Shown here: in pieces, positions 9,401-17,689 of the stretch | Numbering within the stretch: the stretch's first letter is position 1 | Layout: the number at the start of each line of letters is the position of its first letter | Position numbers and translations under genes: made by a program | The notes under the pieces: model-generated | Told to the model about the DNA's origin: nothing | The model's input: the letters and a program-made list of their open reading frames with translations, nothing else | Databases searched by the model: none | IMG/VR virus record: IMGVR_UViG_3300017917_002434 | Location: 205,731 to 269,730 of that record | Strand: one strand, 5' to 3' | DNA: 64,000 bases

Positions 9401-11502
9401 CGGGAATCGTTTATATCGATAACGAAATGATTTCGTACACTGGAGTTAATACCAGCCAGAACAAACTCACAGGGTGTACTAGATCAGCACAGTTAGATCT
9501 ATTCATTGCTGGTGCTAATAGAAATTTTACCGCAGGGGTAGCTGCTAATCACAGCAACGGTACAGGTGTAATTTTAATGAATAACACTACAACACCTTTG
9601 ATTAGCCACTGGGGTAGTGCGTTCTTGACCGACGGATTGTTTGATTTTGACCGTGGATACATTTTCAACTATGCTTCTACCGGTCTAAGTGTAAGCACTG
9701 TTAAATCAACGGCTTTCCTAATTCGTCTAGCACCTAGTGTGTCAAACGCAGTTGTTGGAGATCTAGGCGATAGAGAGCTCCTAAATAGAGCACAATTACT
9801 ATTGAAAGAAATCGCAGTAACGTCAGACACAGGCTCGGGCGGTATTATTGTTGAGGGAGTATTAAATCCTCAGAATTATCCTTCTAATCCTAGCGACATT
9901 GTTTGGTCAGGTTTGTCCGGTGTTGCGGCCGGTGGTCAGCCTAGCTTCGCTCAGATAGCACCAGGAGGATCTGTAAACTGGTCAGGCGGCGTAGCCCAAC
10001 CAACAGCTACAGCCACAGCATTAAACACAGTTACCGCCAATATCACTGTACCAAATAAAACAGCATTCAATAGACCTGCTGGTACATCATTCGTCTATGT
10101 TACACAGACTAGCTGGAATACATCAGGATCCCAGAGTGGTTTCGCTATAGCAGCTTCAGATACTAAATTCCAGTCTGGTACAACAATTTCATCCGTAGCT
10201 TCGAGTCCTAGTCCAGTAGCCACGACATTAGGAATATTAACTTCTAGTATGTCTACATTCTTTAGAAGTATATCGGGTAATAGTATCAGCGGTAACGGTA
10301 TTACTGCCACATTGAACTTTAACAACCAAGGATACGTACCGTTTCCAGTAAATTCGAGAATAACTGTTAGTGGTTTCAGTGCTTATAATGGAACTTATAT
10401 CGTAACTGGAGCAGGAAATAACTTTGTACAGTTTGCCTCTACGTCGACTAACTTCCAAACAAACGGAACAGTCCAGACTGCTTACGTCGCTGGGCAGACA
10501 ACATTGAACATAACAGAAGCTAGTTGGAATAACATGACTAGCCCTGTAACACAGACAGGATTTGGCGTAACATCTTCATTTCCGGCAGGAACAACTGTCA
10601 CTGGAGTTACATCGATACAAGGAACATCGCCGAACAGATACTATACCGTGACATTCAGTCAGGGTCTTACTTCTGATTTACCGTTATCATCTACGACTAT
10701 CAATACCAGTTTTGGTGGAGCAAGAACAAGCACAAATAACCTATTCTTTACCGCAGCTAGTTGGACAGCATTACCAGTAGATGTTCCGGTTAACGGCACA
10801 CTGACTAATGATCCTACCAAATTTACTGGCGGAACTATTATCAACTCTATCAGCGGCCTACAGACATTTGGCGGTACTGGATACTATTCTGTATCATTTA
10901 GTAACAACTGTATAGGAACATTAGCAGGCGGAACAACTGTCACATTTGATACTATACCTTATTTTACTCTGTTCTTGAGTAGAACTTCGGCACAGGCTGT
11001 TAATGCTAATGCCACTATAACTATGTCATTGGCACAAAACTCTGCTGTCACCAACTTTGTGTATTTTACACAGGCCAGTTGGGAAACTCTAGTTTCGACC
11101 TATTCAGCAGGTGCCGGTACAGAAGTAGCAGATACAAAATTTGCTGCGGGTACTCGTGTTGCTACTGTGAGTACTCTAAGAACGTTTGGTGGTTCTGGAT
11201 ATTATGTAGTAACATTTACCCAGACGTCTAATGCTGTTGTGGCTGGCGGAAACACTATTACATTTAGATTTGGACAACCTCCATATGCGTTACCGGGCGA
11301 ACAGGTATTCTCATTCATCAGTTTACCAGGAAGTTCGGACAGTCTTAACCTAGAGGACCTCAAAGAATTAACCAATACTACCTTGGGTGGTAGAGGTACA
11401 TTCCCTAACGGTCCTGACGTTTTGGCTATCAACATCTTCAAAGTATCTGGAGCAGCAGTTAACGCTAACGTAATTCTACGTTGGTCCGAAGCACAAGCCT
11501 AA
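3421..11502 (+). CDS. Giant (2693 aa) modular virion structural / tail-fibre protein
   Basis: Single long ORF, Thr/Gly/Ser-rich, with three internal repeat families (KCxRDxG.., GxxYxxG..xNDxxIxV, xTxASW..KFxxGT). Confidence 0.75.
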   Translation: MAKRKIDNYTFRPGISYLGNLYPDEWQSFSDNVPFIKAELTAYLNYRIDIDTEVNLYPNAVRILENNINFIKEEATAWIATQVAGNFPGFVGYTYDSAKCKRDIGFVLTAYIHDVRYGGNEDTRTIVGKYWINNEPQVDGDRQAEVKTHEFIRDLITDYILPLASYTPLQLIATRYTTGPAAEANAAARIDTLSAITTTVIANGLSSMPAISYKSAPYENYTFNSEKCQRDLGYVLDAYLHDLRYGGNEQTRLTIQKYYDNGVLQVDGSGQAEVEGHEFVRDLIINNIMQNEAGTILYPEAVRLLTLNKAYLQNEILGWIANEVTEATKCERDIGYLIDGAQYDIVLGTNYNALFLGLAEFNSLDNDFFVIDTIQRTKTAIAALPNVAASTAAVARNNAFFNEVVDIIQNGRGSANELVLAEPSNATVSRIAAKNQLVANKNFLAAEVNAWVAEQYPTADHDPVKCSRDVKYAIDALCYDILYGGNSATYDQARFFFYGFSSGAPGIDPTHRLQTVAAYVHLKQVIGQVVQNQTVTKTTGNTLTQNQTFPAASSSDAIICQNLVQITADVVAATTQTQANTILSGIVRSVPSITFATSALQTAFNAITTAKTSVINSVVVFKGYTYDSAKCIRDSGFVIDALIYDLENNGNEESRRIAQKYYIDGVFQVDGSRIPEIASYRFLQETIKNYIFPRVNAPDYQIVYPQILTAPSAEVGAYARITELTDVFINFLKDGPSSLPALSQRTVPYQTVEQQVVDTTKAYDPDAGTAILALSNALVNIIEQGLGALPVKESAGYGLIKFQGVVRLEDLLLITNTTKNVVIYNFSSNTAGGEIVPEFDGDDDFIAFKQVTDRVIHLRLNVDTSTMDETDELQIFAEAPEMKVRPYDFGTDAIERHRVASPQSMLDADFEYGLQPTKWQAIGIARGYPSVYEVPGSDFEVVSITTDASFPNNGVGASTITVTTAAPHGLSAGTPVTVAGLDTAISGISRAEGAFVLVTIPTPTTFTYFAKSRVGTTSGTSLKTTYTQIRKGGFYTGASIGLPTINLLSNGTSGTFVTQFDTPAATSRIAIASGNIPSVGSPMNAAVGIGFGSQVTAVVGAGGVVVTPTVLGDYAPTLLGLTTLTVASTSGIVIGLGANDQTGSSTFVESIVGTNVTFTRPFSGAVIGNTTTYTELTGTNEISIGSAATFNVVGSSAGYISVAVNSGGSDYQVGDVLRIVGTDLTGTTPANDLLIKVATVSGGAILTADVISGTSVMSSPNETISGINNSSYTATSPDSTIGSGATFDVTRNGTAFTSVINAGGTGYVKGTEFLILGTVFTNNTTPANDVEITVTQTTATFTGLLQDATTLSGSSAQFSITRIGATYTSLVVSFAGSGYALGEIVTIYGTQLGGNNPSNDLQIQVDNVGGGGEIIAASLVSGLVANEDAPGVISQISTAGTGDNRTTINNVPVLIVPGSGINCEFSITRTASGYTNVVVTDGGTAYLPGNRIRILGSDLGGANTTNDAIVSVTSVDSITGAITAATVTGTGVAGINLQLYSSVTLSEFTTATIASSTSLGFGTLATLQIIFQEPHGIPPGGSFIVTVSSDNGSNNHALANGSFSATQIPTRNTITFQARSPGVITGAPITGVVYPRPDSFFTHRPFDGGVQLGTGGPQHGVQAIRQSKKYIRYQSGKGVMYTTGALFAPSYDVLSILATDVEVGATIEITLGDNDHGLQRGAVIRLSGVLTGGYDGDYEVDEIVSERTFRIIATKRVGSRKPSLSFSCQISTLRWKGAVVRAGVFDDQNGIFWEYDGQTLWAVQRTSTKQLAGTISVNAGSNRITGLNSRFRDQLKAGDAVTIRGMTHIVTHVDSQTSMTVNPDYRGVSNVSNAKMSLISEVRVQQRDFNKDRLDGTGPSGYDLDITKMQMIGIQYSWYGAGFIDFMLRGSDGNYVFAHRMRNSNINTEAYMRTGNLPVRYEVSNYGATSRLVGDIGNTSTELTLESIAGFPTTGIVYIDNEMISYTGVNTSQNKLTGCTRSAQLDLFIAGANRNFTAGVAANHSNGTGVILMNNTTTPLISHWGSAFLTDGLFDFDRGYIFNYASTGLSVSTVKSTAFLIRLAPSVSNAVVGDLGDRELLNRAQLLLKEIAVTSDTGSGGIIVEGVLNPQNYPSNPSDIVWSGLSGVAAGGQPSFAQIAPGGSVNWSGGVAQPTATATALNTVTANITVPNKTAFNRPAGTSFVYVTQTSWNTSGSQSGFAIAASDTKFQSGTTISSVASSPSPVATTLGILTSSMSTFFRSISGNSISGNGITATLNFNNQGYVPFPVNSRITVSGFSAYNGTYIVTGAGNNFVQFASTSTNFQTNGTVQTAYVAGQTTLNITEASWNNMTSPVTQTGFGVTSSFPAGTTVTGVTSIQGTSPNRYYTVTFSQGLTSDLPLSSTTINTSFGGARTSTNNLFFTAASWTALPVDVPVNGTLTNDPTKFTGGTIINSISGLQTFGGTGYYSVSFSNNCIGTLAGGTTVTFDTIPYFTLFLSRTSAQAVNANATITMSLAQNSAVTNFVYFTQASWETLVSTYSAGAGTEVADTKFAAGTRVATVSTLRTFGGSGYYVVTFTQTSNAVVAGGNTITFRFGQPPYALPGEQVFSFISLPGSSDSLNLEDLKELTNTTLGGRGTFPNGPDVLAINIFKVSGAAVNANVILRWSEAQA

Positions 11503-11506
11503 AAGG

Positions 11507-11534
11507 TTGACAATCAGACTTTTTGCTGTATAAT
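11507..11534 (+). promoter_or_regulatory. sigma70-type promoter (leaderless) for the heptose operon
   Basis: TTGACA-16 bp-TATAAT, with the ATG 6 nt downstream at 11541. Confidence 0.75.
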
Positions 11535-11540
11535 TACAGC

Positions 11541-11936
11541 ATGAGTCTGATTTTTGTTAACGGTTCTTTTGATATACTTCATCCAGGACACATCGAACTG
11601 CTAAACTATGCCAAAAGTTTAGGATCTCATCTCATGGTTGCCATAGATTCGGACGCTAGAATTACTAGTTTAAAAGGACCGACTCGGCCTATTAACAATC
11701 AACGTTATAGAGCGTTCATGTTAAAAAATCTTAGAGCAGTGGACGAAGTAGTAATTTTTGATTCTGACCAAGAATTAATAAACTTGATCGCTGCCTGTGA
11801 TATAATGGTAAAAGGCAGCGACTATATGGGTAAACCTATCGTAGGCGAAGAAGTCTGCGATGAAATTATATTTTTTGATAGATTATATGACTATTCAACA
11901 ACAAAAATCATTCAAGATATTGTTAATCGGAGATGA
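11541..11936 (+). CDS. rfaE2: HldE C-terminal-like adenylyl/cytidylyltransferase (RfaE domain II)
   Basis: NGSFDILHPGH (HxGH) motif, SLKGPTRPIN and VKGSDY. Start moved to ATG 11541. Confidence 0.9.
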   Translation: MSLIFVNGSFDILHPGHIELLNYAKSLGSHLMVAIDSDARITSLKGPTRPINNQRYRAFMLKNLRAVDEVVIFDSDQELINLIAACDIMVKGSDYMGKPIVGEEVCDEIIFFDRLYDYSTTKIIQDIVNRR

Positions 11937-12636
11937 TTGTTCTGATGTGTATCAATATGGCACAGTTGAAAGGTTAAGTCCCGAAGCACCCGTGCCGGTA
12001 TTTGTTCCTACCCACAAAGAAACACGGCCTGGAATGGCCGGTAATGTATCTAAGAATCTCGAAGCACTAGGGTGTGAAGTAAATTATATTCATGCTAAAA
12101 CATCCACTAAAACGAGACTGATAGATAAACGCAGTAATCAACATATTGCTAGGATAGATAATGACGAAATGTCTGAACCTATATCGTTCGAAACTGAAAT
12201 ACCTAAAATTTACGATGCTATTGTCGTCAGCGACTACAACAAAGGCACAGTCACATATGAACTCATCGAAGAGTTAATTGATACTAAAATTCCTGTGTTT
12301 ATCGACACTAAAAAAATTGATCTAGAAAGATTCCAGGGCAGCTGGGTGAAAATTAACGCTGCTGAGTATAGACTAATTAAAAGTGAATGTACAGGATTGA
12401 TCGTAACACTAGGTGAGGACGGTGCTCGAGTTATTCATCATGATATTCACTACCCAGCACCTAAAGTAGAAATCAGCGATGTCTGTGGTGCCGGAGATAC
12501 ATTTTTGGCTGCTCTAGCTTATAGATATTGCGAAACAAAAGACATCGACGAAGCTGTTAAGTTTGCTATCAAAGCAGCCAGTATCACAGTCCAGCATCTA
12601 GGTAATTACGCACCAACATTAGAGGAAATAAAATGA
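11887..12636 (+). CDS. rfaE1: HldE N-terminal-like heptose-7-phosphate kinase (PfkB family, RfaE domain I)
   Basis: RLSPEAPVPV, GMAGNV, VVSDYNKG and DVCGAGDTFLA (PfkB anion-hole) motifs. Start moved to ATG 11887. Confidence 0.9.
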   Translation: MTIQQQKSFKILLIGDDCSDVYQYGTVERLSPEAPVPVFVPTHKETRPGMAGNVSKNLEALGCEVNYIHAKTSTKTRLIDKRSNQHIARIDNDEMSEPISFETEIPKIYDAIVVSDYNKGTVTYELIEELIDTKIPVFIDTKKIDLERFQGSWVKINAAEYRLIKSECTGLIVTLGEDGARVIHHDIHYPAPKVEISDVCGAGDTFLAALAYRYCETKDIDEAVKFAIKAASITVQHLGNYAPTLEEIK

Positions 12637-13013
12637 CAGAAAGACTTACAGGAAAAGTAGATAAAGGATGGGGCTTTGAAATTATATGGGCTACCAACGA
12701 TCACTATTGCGGAAAAATTTTAGTATTCGAAAAGGCAGGAAATAAGTTTTCTATGCACTTCCATAAAACCAAAGATGAAACTTGGTTTGTTAATTCTGGC
12801 AAATTTAAATTACGTTGGATAGATACTAAAGATGCTAAAATCTATGAACAAGAATTAAATGAAGGCGATACTTGGCATAATCCTCCTTTACAACCTCATC
12901 AATTAGAAGCCATGACAGATGGTGCTATGGTGTTTGAAGTCAGCACAGCAGATTCTATAGAGGATAATTATCGATTAGTACCCGGAGACAGTCAAAAGAA
13001 AGCAGAACAATGA
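12633..13013 (+). CDS. Cupin-fold sugar isomerase-like protein
   Basis: KGWGFEI, SMHFH..KDETW..PH..E cupin metal-binding motifs. ATGA-coupled to the kinase gene. Confidence 0.75.
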   Translation: MTERLTGKVDKGWGFEIIWATNDHYCGKILVFEKAGNKFSMHFHKTKDETWFVNSGKFKLRWIDTKDAKIYEQELNEGDTWHNPPLQPHQLEAMTDGAMVFEVSTADSIEDNYRLVPGDSQKKAEQ

Positions 13014-13498
13014 ACATATATCTAGACATGGACGATGTTGTAGCTGATTGGTTTGGCTACGCTAGAGAGTATCTCAATGAGCCACTGTTCAAAGATGGTG
13101 ACATATTGCCCGAAGCTACTTGGCAAAAATTAAAAAATGATCAGCGTATGTATAGTAAACTTCCTGTTAAAAAGGGAGCATATGATTTAGTCAACTGGTG
13201 TAGAAATTATAGAGATACAAAAAACGCAGGACTTTATTTTCTCAGTGCTATCCCCAAAGGCAATGATATGCCCTGGGCACCTCAAGATAAAGTTTTTTGG
13301 GCACATGAATATTTTCCTGACATCCCTGTATTTTTAGGTCCATATAGTTTTGATAAGTGGGTTAGATGTTCTCCTGGAGATATCCTAATAGATGATCGTA
13401 GATCAAATTGTGAAGATTGGGAACGTGCCGGGGGCCTATCACACATATACCGCTCTTGGCCGGAATGTAAACTTTGGTTAGAGGACATTCTAAAATGA
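13010..13498 (+). CDS. HAD-superfamily phosphatase (5'(3')-deoxyribonucleotidase-like)
   Basis: IYLDMDDVVAD (DxD motif I) and DILIDDR (motif IV). Confidence 0.8.
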   Translation: MNIYLDMDDVVADWFGYAREYLNEPLFKDGDILPEATWQKLKNDQRMYSKLPVKKGAYDLVNWCRNYRDTKNAGLYFLSAIPKGNDMPWAPQDKVFWAHEYFPDIPVFLGPYSFDKWVRCSPGDILIDDRRSNCEDWERAGGLSHIYRSWPECKLWLEDILK

Positions 13499-14385
13499 TC
13501 ATAGTAACTGGTGGTGCCGGCTTCATTGGTTCTAATATTATAAAAGGTCTAAATGATAGATCTATTTCAAATATTATTGTTGTTGATGATATTAATCCCG
13601 ATAAAGAAAAAAATCTAGAAGATTTAAAATTTTCAGATATACTTTCCCCTCAAGATTTCTACGGCATCTGGAATCACTGGCACATCGTTGATGCGGTATT
13701 TCACGAAGGTGCTATATCATCTACCACAGAAAAAGATCAAAATAAGATAGATCAGTATAATCTTCAACCCGGTTATTGGCTAGTAGAGCAGGCTGCTAGA
13801 AACAATTTTTTATTATCTTATGCTAGCTCTGCTTCAGTCTACGGTGACAGCAATACCTTTAAAGAAAAACAGCCACTAAATCCTCAATCGCTTTATGCTA
13901 CTAGTAAAATGCTGTTAGATCAATATGTCTATAGCACATTATTAGATTATCCTGATACTAGAATACAGGGTTGGAGATATTTCAACGTCTATGGAAAAAA
14001 TGAAATTCACAAAAAAGATCAAGCGAGCCCGATAACGAAATTTAGTCAGCAGGCCAAAAATACAGGAAAAATAAAAGTTTTTAAAGGCAGCGAAAATTTT
14101 CAGCGAGATTTTATCTGTGTCAGCGACATAGCCGATATTAAAATAAAATCATTAGACAAGAACTTTAATGGAATTTTTAATCTCGGTACAGGAAAAGCAA
14201 TATCGTTTTTAGAAGTGGCTGAACTGATCAAAGAAAGATATTCGGCGACTATTGAAGAAGTAGAGTTTCCTCAAGAGCTTATCAATCAATACCAAAAATA
14301 TACCTGTTCGGATAATACAGAATTATTGAAGGTGATAGGAAATTATGATTTTACGTCTATTAGATCTTTTCTTTCAACGACATAA
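13495..14385 (+). CDS. hldD: ADP-L-glycero-D-manno-heptose-6-epimerase (extended SDR)
   Basis: IIVTGGAGFIGSN, HEGAISSTTE, YASSASVYG, YxxxK (YATSK), RYFNVYG and RDFI motifs, in a heptose gene context. Start moved to ATG 13495. Confidence 0.85.
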   Translation: MIIVTGGAGFIGSNIIKGLNDRSISNIIVVDDINPDKEKNLEDLKFSDILSPQDFYGIWNHWHIVDAVFHEGAISSTTEKDQNKIDQYNLQPGYWLVEQAARNNFLLSYASSASVYGDSNTFKEKQPLNPQSLYATSKMLLDQYVYSTLLDYPDTRIQGWRYFNVYGKNEIHKKDQASPITKFSQQAKNTGKIKVFKGSENFQRDFICVSDIADIKIKSLDKNFNGIFNLGTGKAISFLEVAELIKERYSATIEEVEFPQELINQYQKYTCSDNTELLKVIGNYDFTSIRSFLSTT

Positions 14386-14617
14386 TTTTCTTTTCTATCT
14401 CTAATCTAATATTTTTTAGTCTAGTTCTTTCTTCAGTCTGTCTCGTAAGATTAGAGATCATGTCGATCGATTCTACAGCAGCATCTAGATTTTTCGCCTG
14501 AGACTTAAATCTCTTATAGAGTTTTTCTAACTCTGTATCTTTAGTTTCTTCGATGAGTTTTTCGTAACGTCGGCAGTCTTCGATAAAATTTTTACTTTTA
14601 GTAATAGATAGTTTCAT
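14360..14617 (-). CDS. Hypothetical coiled-coil protein
   Basis: 85-aa ORF coupled to the upstream gene; K/E-rich and helical. Confidence 0.6.
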   Translation of the reverse strand: MKLSITKSKNFIEDCRRYEKLIEETKDTELEKLYKRFKSQAKNLDAAVESIDMISNLTRQTEERTRLKNIRLEIEKKIMSLKEKI

Positions 14618-15000
14618 AATGAACTTCCCATTAATAATATTGTGTCGATTTTAGTTTTGATTATTTTATTAGTTAATGTAGTTTTTAAACCCGTGTGTAC
14701 ACCTTTAGGCAAAACGTCGATCATTGACCAACAAAAAGTTTGATTATTTGACGGGACAAATTCTTGATCTACTAAGCAGATGTAAGTAGAAAATTCAAAT
14801 CCGCTGTCTTGACTAAGATATAATTCTACCGGAACTAACCTAGCATCTTTACCATAGTATTCGTAGATGATAGCTTGAGCGTCTTCTACTACAGATTTAT
14901 CTCTAACAAAGCTAGGAACTGTCCATTTGAGATCTTCTAGTATCATTAAGATTCTAGAAGTTTTTTTTGATATAAACAGGATTCCGGCATGTTTCTGCAT
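14614..15000 (-). CDS. Nudix-fold protein with degenerate Nudix box
   Basis: AGILFISKKTSRILMIL N-terminal strand pattern; the Nudix box is replaced by WTVPSFVRDKSVVEDAQAIIYEYYG. Start chosen 5 nt after a TATATA late-like box. Confidence 0.5.
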   Translation of the reverse strand: MQKHAGILFISKKTSRILMILEDLKWTVPSFVRDKSVVEDAQAIIYEYYGKDARLVPVELYLSQDSGFEFSTYICLVDQEFVPSNNQTFCWSMIDVLPKGVHTGLKTTLTNKIIKTKIDTILLMGSSL

Positions 15001-15011
15001 GCCTTTATATA

Positions 15012-16442
15012 TCATCCTTCTAAATCAAAGCTCCAATATCCGGCTGTGTATTCGCCTTCGAAAGATTTAAGCCATTGGCCGTCTTCCCATTTATATTGGA
15101 TGCCAGTTTTGAGATTTTTGATATAGTATGGTTGAGAAATTTCAACTGACGGATCAAAGATCACAGTCCAGTCGGTACCGTTCCATTCTACGATAGAATT
15201 AGCGACTGCTACAAAATCTGAATCATCGGAATTTTTCCAAGCATCTGCTCCGTCCGAATTAGCCACCGAACCAATATCTTCTAATATAAGATATTTCATA
15301 CCTACTAATAATCCTGTTGTGGGATCAAATGTTTGAGGATTGATAATAGCATTGATGACTAAATCAGTCTGCGGCTCAGAATCAGAATCAAAGTCTACTA
15401 CTAAAAATTGACTGTCTACTTCGTTGATACTAAATGTGCCTACGAGTTCGTAACCACTAGGTTGTAAAAATCTAATACGACTAATTCCGGGTCTGTATTT
15501 TCCATACTGAGGAATAATTTTATTCCAATCAATCGCCCCAGCGGTTTTCTTAGGTATATCTAGTCCGCTTTCTACTATAGCCTCGTTGACATCTAAGGCA
15601 CTGACATAGTAAGAACCAGTCTCAACACCTGTAACTGTCTTAGAAGACAACAGTAATACTCCGAAATTTCCCGGTGTAGTAATAATAGATGTTGATTTTA
15701 TGTCTTTATTATCAACTGGACTATTAAACGCTAATTCTGCTAGAGGTTTTAACTGCCCATCATCATCAAACATATTCATGATAATGTTCTGTACCACACC
15801 AAGTTTCTTAACCTTAACTGGAGGACTGATATAAATCGGCATCTCAAAATCAAGAGAACAGATGTCTATATCAACTTCTGTGCCTTGAGGTATAGATCGA
15901 GATGTAAAATTTGAAGCGGTTAGTTCGACTACACTTAGGCTGGTCCAATCGATATAATTATCTGTAGTTTGTACCTCTAGACTGGGGTTGAATAATACTA
16001 GTATTTGCTCTAGTAATTGTAATTTTTGATCTGTGTTAGAACTCCAGATGTCTGCCCGCATACTTAATTTAAAAGGTGTAGGCATTAGTCGTTCAACAGT
16101 ATAGCCGCCCCCCTGGGTGTTGTTGTATATTGGCTCGCCGGTCTCGTCATCAAAGGATTCATACGATCTTCCTCGAATACTGACCTTACTAACATAACTA
16201 GCATCGGCTAGTCTATTTCTATCTAATTCTATTCCTGTGATATAACACGCGATCTTTGGAACACTAGGCAGTTTATTTTCTGAATTTTCTCTGATGATCT
16301 GTGCTACTTGCTTGGTAAGATCGCCATAGGCAACAGGGACTTGTTTCAGAGATCCGTCGCCGGCTTGGTACTTAAAACCAATGAAGATTCTCATAAACTG
16401 AGTTACATATCTTCGTATCTGTCCATCATAGAAAAAATCCAT
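15012..16442 (-). CDS. gp15: Tail sheath stabiliser / tail terminator, T4 gp15-like, with C-terminal extension
   Basis: N-terminus FFYDGQIRRY..F..F..QVPVAYGD resembles gp15; adjacent to gp14 and gp13. Confidence 0.8.
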   Translation of the reverse strand: MDFFYDGQIRRYVTQFMRIFIGFKYQAGDGSLKQVPVAYGDLTKQVAQIIRENSENKLPSVPKIACYITGIELDRNRLADASYVSKVSIRGRSYESFDDETGEPIYNNTQGGGYTVERLMPTPFKLSMRADIWSSNTDQKLQLLEQILVLFNPSLEVQTTDNYIDWTSLSVVELTASNFTSRSIPQGTEVDIDICSLDFEMPIYISPPVKVKKLGVVQNIIMNMFDDDGQLKPLAELAFNSPVDNKDIKSTSIITTPGNFGVLLLSSKTVTGVETGSYYVSALDVNEAIVESGLDIPKKTAGAIDWNKIIPQYGKYRPGISRIRFLQPSGYELVGTFSINEVDSQFLVVDFDSDSEPQTDLVINAIINPQTFDPTTGLLVGMKYLILEDIGSVANSDGADAWKNSDDSDFVAVANSIVEWNGTDWTVIFDPSVEISQPYYIKNLKTGIQYKWEDGQWLKSFEGEYTAGYWSFDLEG

Positions 16443-17656
16443 TATTCGTCCGCCTTAGGTCTCAATGCTTTGCTCAAGCTCTGTTTTTCTTTTACTAGCT
16501 TGCCGTCTATCATACGCTCATTGGTATTATTAATGAACGTACCTTTCTGATTTTGTCTTGTTTCTCTACCTTCAAATCTTTCTCCAGATTCGGTATCCGT
16601 AGTTCCGAGATTGCTCATTGTCATTCTTACATTGTCTTCGTACTTGACCCATCTACGTCCATTAAATCTAAATAATCTCTTAGGGAAATAATCTGTTCGT
16701 AGACAGAACTGTCCTTCGACAGGATTTCCAGGAAATGTAATACCACTGGTAAATGGAGCACCGTTAGGAGTAACGCCATCTTCATGATAGTTTTGATAAC
16801 CATCTTTAGTCGGTGTTGCTATGATAACGCTGGCATCAATTCCAGATCCGTCATTACTGGCTTCTATTTCGCCAGCATCGGTAGTAACTAATTTAACATT
16901 GCCTTGTTCATCAAGCGGCACAGTATAATACATAGTAGTGTCATAACCGCTCTTAGGAGAGTCTGATTCTGCTTGATCCAGAACTGCTTCAGTGATACGC
17001 ATTTCTGTTTCATAGGTACTCATGATATCACGCAATGTTGTGTTAGTATCTTCGCCGGTGTCATCGGCTAGACCATCTAAGATTTGTTTAAATTCTTGAC
17101 TGTCAACTAATGGCGTACATTTTGCTCTATAAAGATGAGGATACCATGTAGCTGAAAAACCTTCTGCGGCACGATTAACTTCTTCTATAACATAAAATCT
17201 TTTTAGGGCAAATTTTAAATCATTAAGTGCGTGATAATCTTTGAGGTGAGGCAATTCGATAACATCACCCGCCAGCAATTTTCTACCAAGTTTTTCCACA
17301 GTATCGTTAATATGAAACGTTATGAAAATAGTATCGTTTTGTAAAAATAATCCAAACTGTGTTAGATTAAAATCTAAATCTGTTATATTGTATACACCTC
17401 TTAAAACATAAACATCGGGGTCGTATTTTCTATCTCGATTTTCTAAAAATAACAAATCTTGTATCTGTAGCTCGGGAATTCCGCCAGTATACACGGGTGT
17501 TGTTGGTGTGCTAGCACCGGGCAACGGATCGCCGGGTCCTATATATTTGTGAACCAATACATCAACACCGCCGACTTGAAACATTTCCCAGACGGTTTTG
17601 TCGATAAATTTGTAATCATTGCCCTTTTCTGGGCGATAAAGCGAAAGTCTTGGCAT
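16442..17656 (-). CDS. gp14: Neck protein, T4 gp14-like
   Basis: LLFLENRDRKYD, FGLF and GDVIELP motifs, plus synteny. Start moved to ATG at 17656. Confidence 0.75.
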   Translation of the reverse strand: MPRLSLYRPEKGNDYKFIDKTVWEMFQVGGVDVLVHKYIGPGDPLPGASTPTTPVYTGGIPELQIQDLLFLENRDRKYDPDVYVLRGVYNITDLDFNLTQFGLFLQNDTIFITFHINDTVEKLGRKLLAGDVIELPHLKDYHALNDLKFALKRFYVIEEVNRAAEGFSATWYPHLYRAKCTPLVDSQEFKQILDGLADDTGEDTNTTLRDIMSTYETEMRITEAVLDQAESDSPKSGYDTTMYYTVPLDEQGNVKLVTTDAGEIEASNDGSGIDASVIIATPTKDGYQNYHEDGVTPNGAPFTSGITFPGNPVEGQFCLRTDYFPKRLFRFNGRRWVKYEDNVRMTMSNLGTTDTESGERFEGRETRQNQKGTFINNTNERMIDGKLVKEKQSLSKALRPKADE

Positions 17657-17663
17657 AGTCATA

Positions 17664-17684
17664 TATTTACCGCTACGATAAATA
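17664..17684. promoter_or_regulatory. Back-to-back late promoters (TAAATA) for gp14 and gp13
   Basis: TATTTA at 17664-17669 (minus-strand TAAATA) and TAAATA at 17679-17684. Confidence 0.65.
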
Positions 17685-17689
17685 CTAGC

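Noticed and set aside
706-11441. Numerous 60-100-aa minus-strand ORFs inside the carbamoyltransferase, fibre and giant structural genes
   Set aside because: These are antisense shadows of long, well-supported + strand genes, with no RBS/promoter or recognisable motifs.
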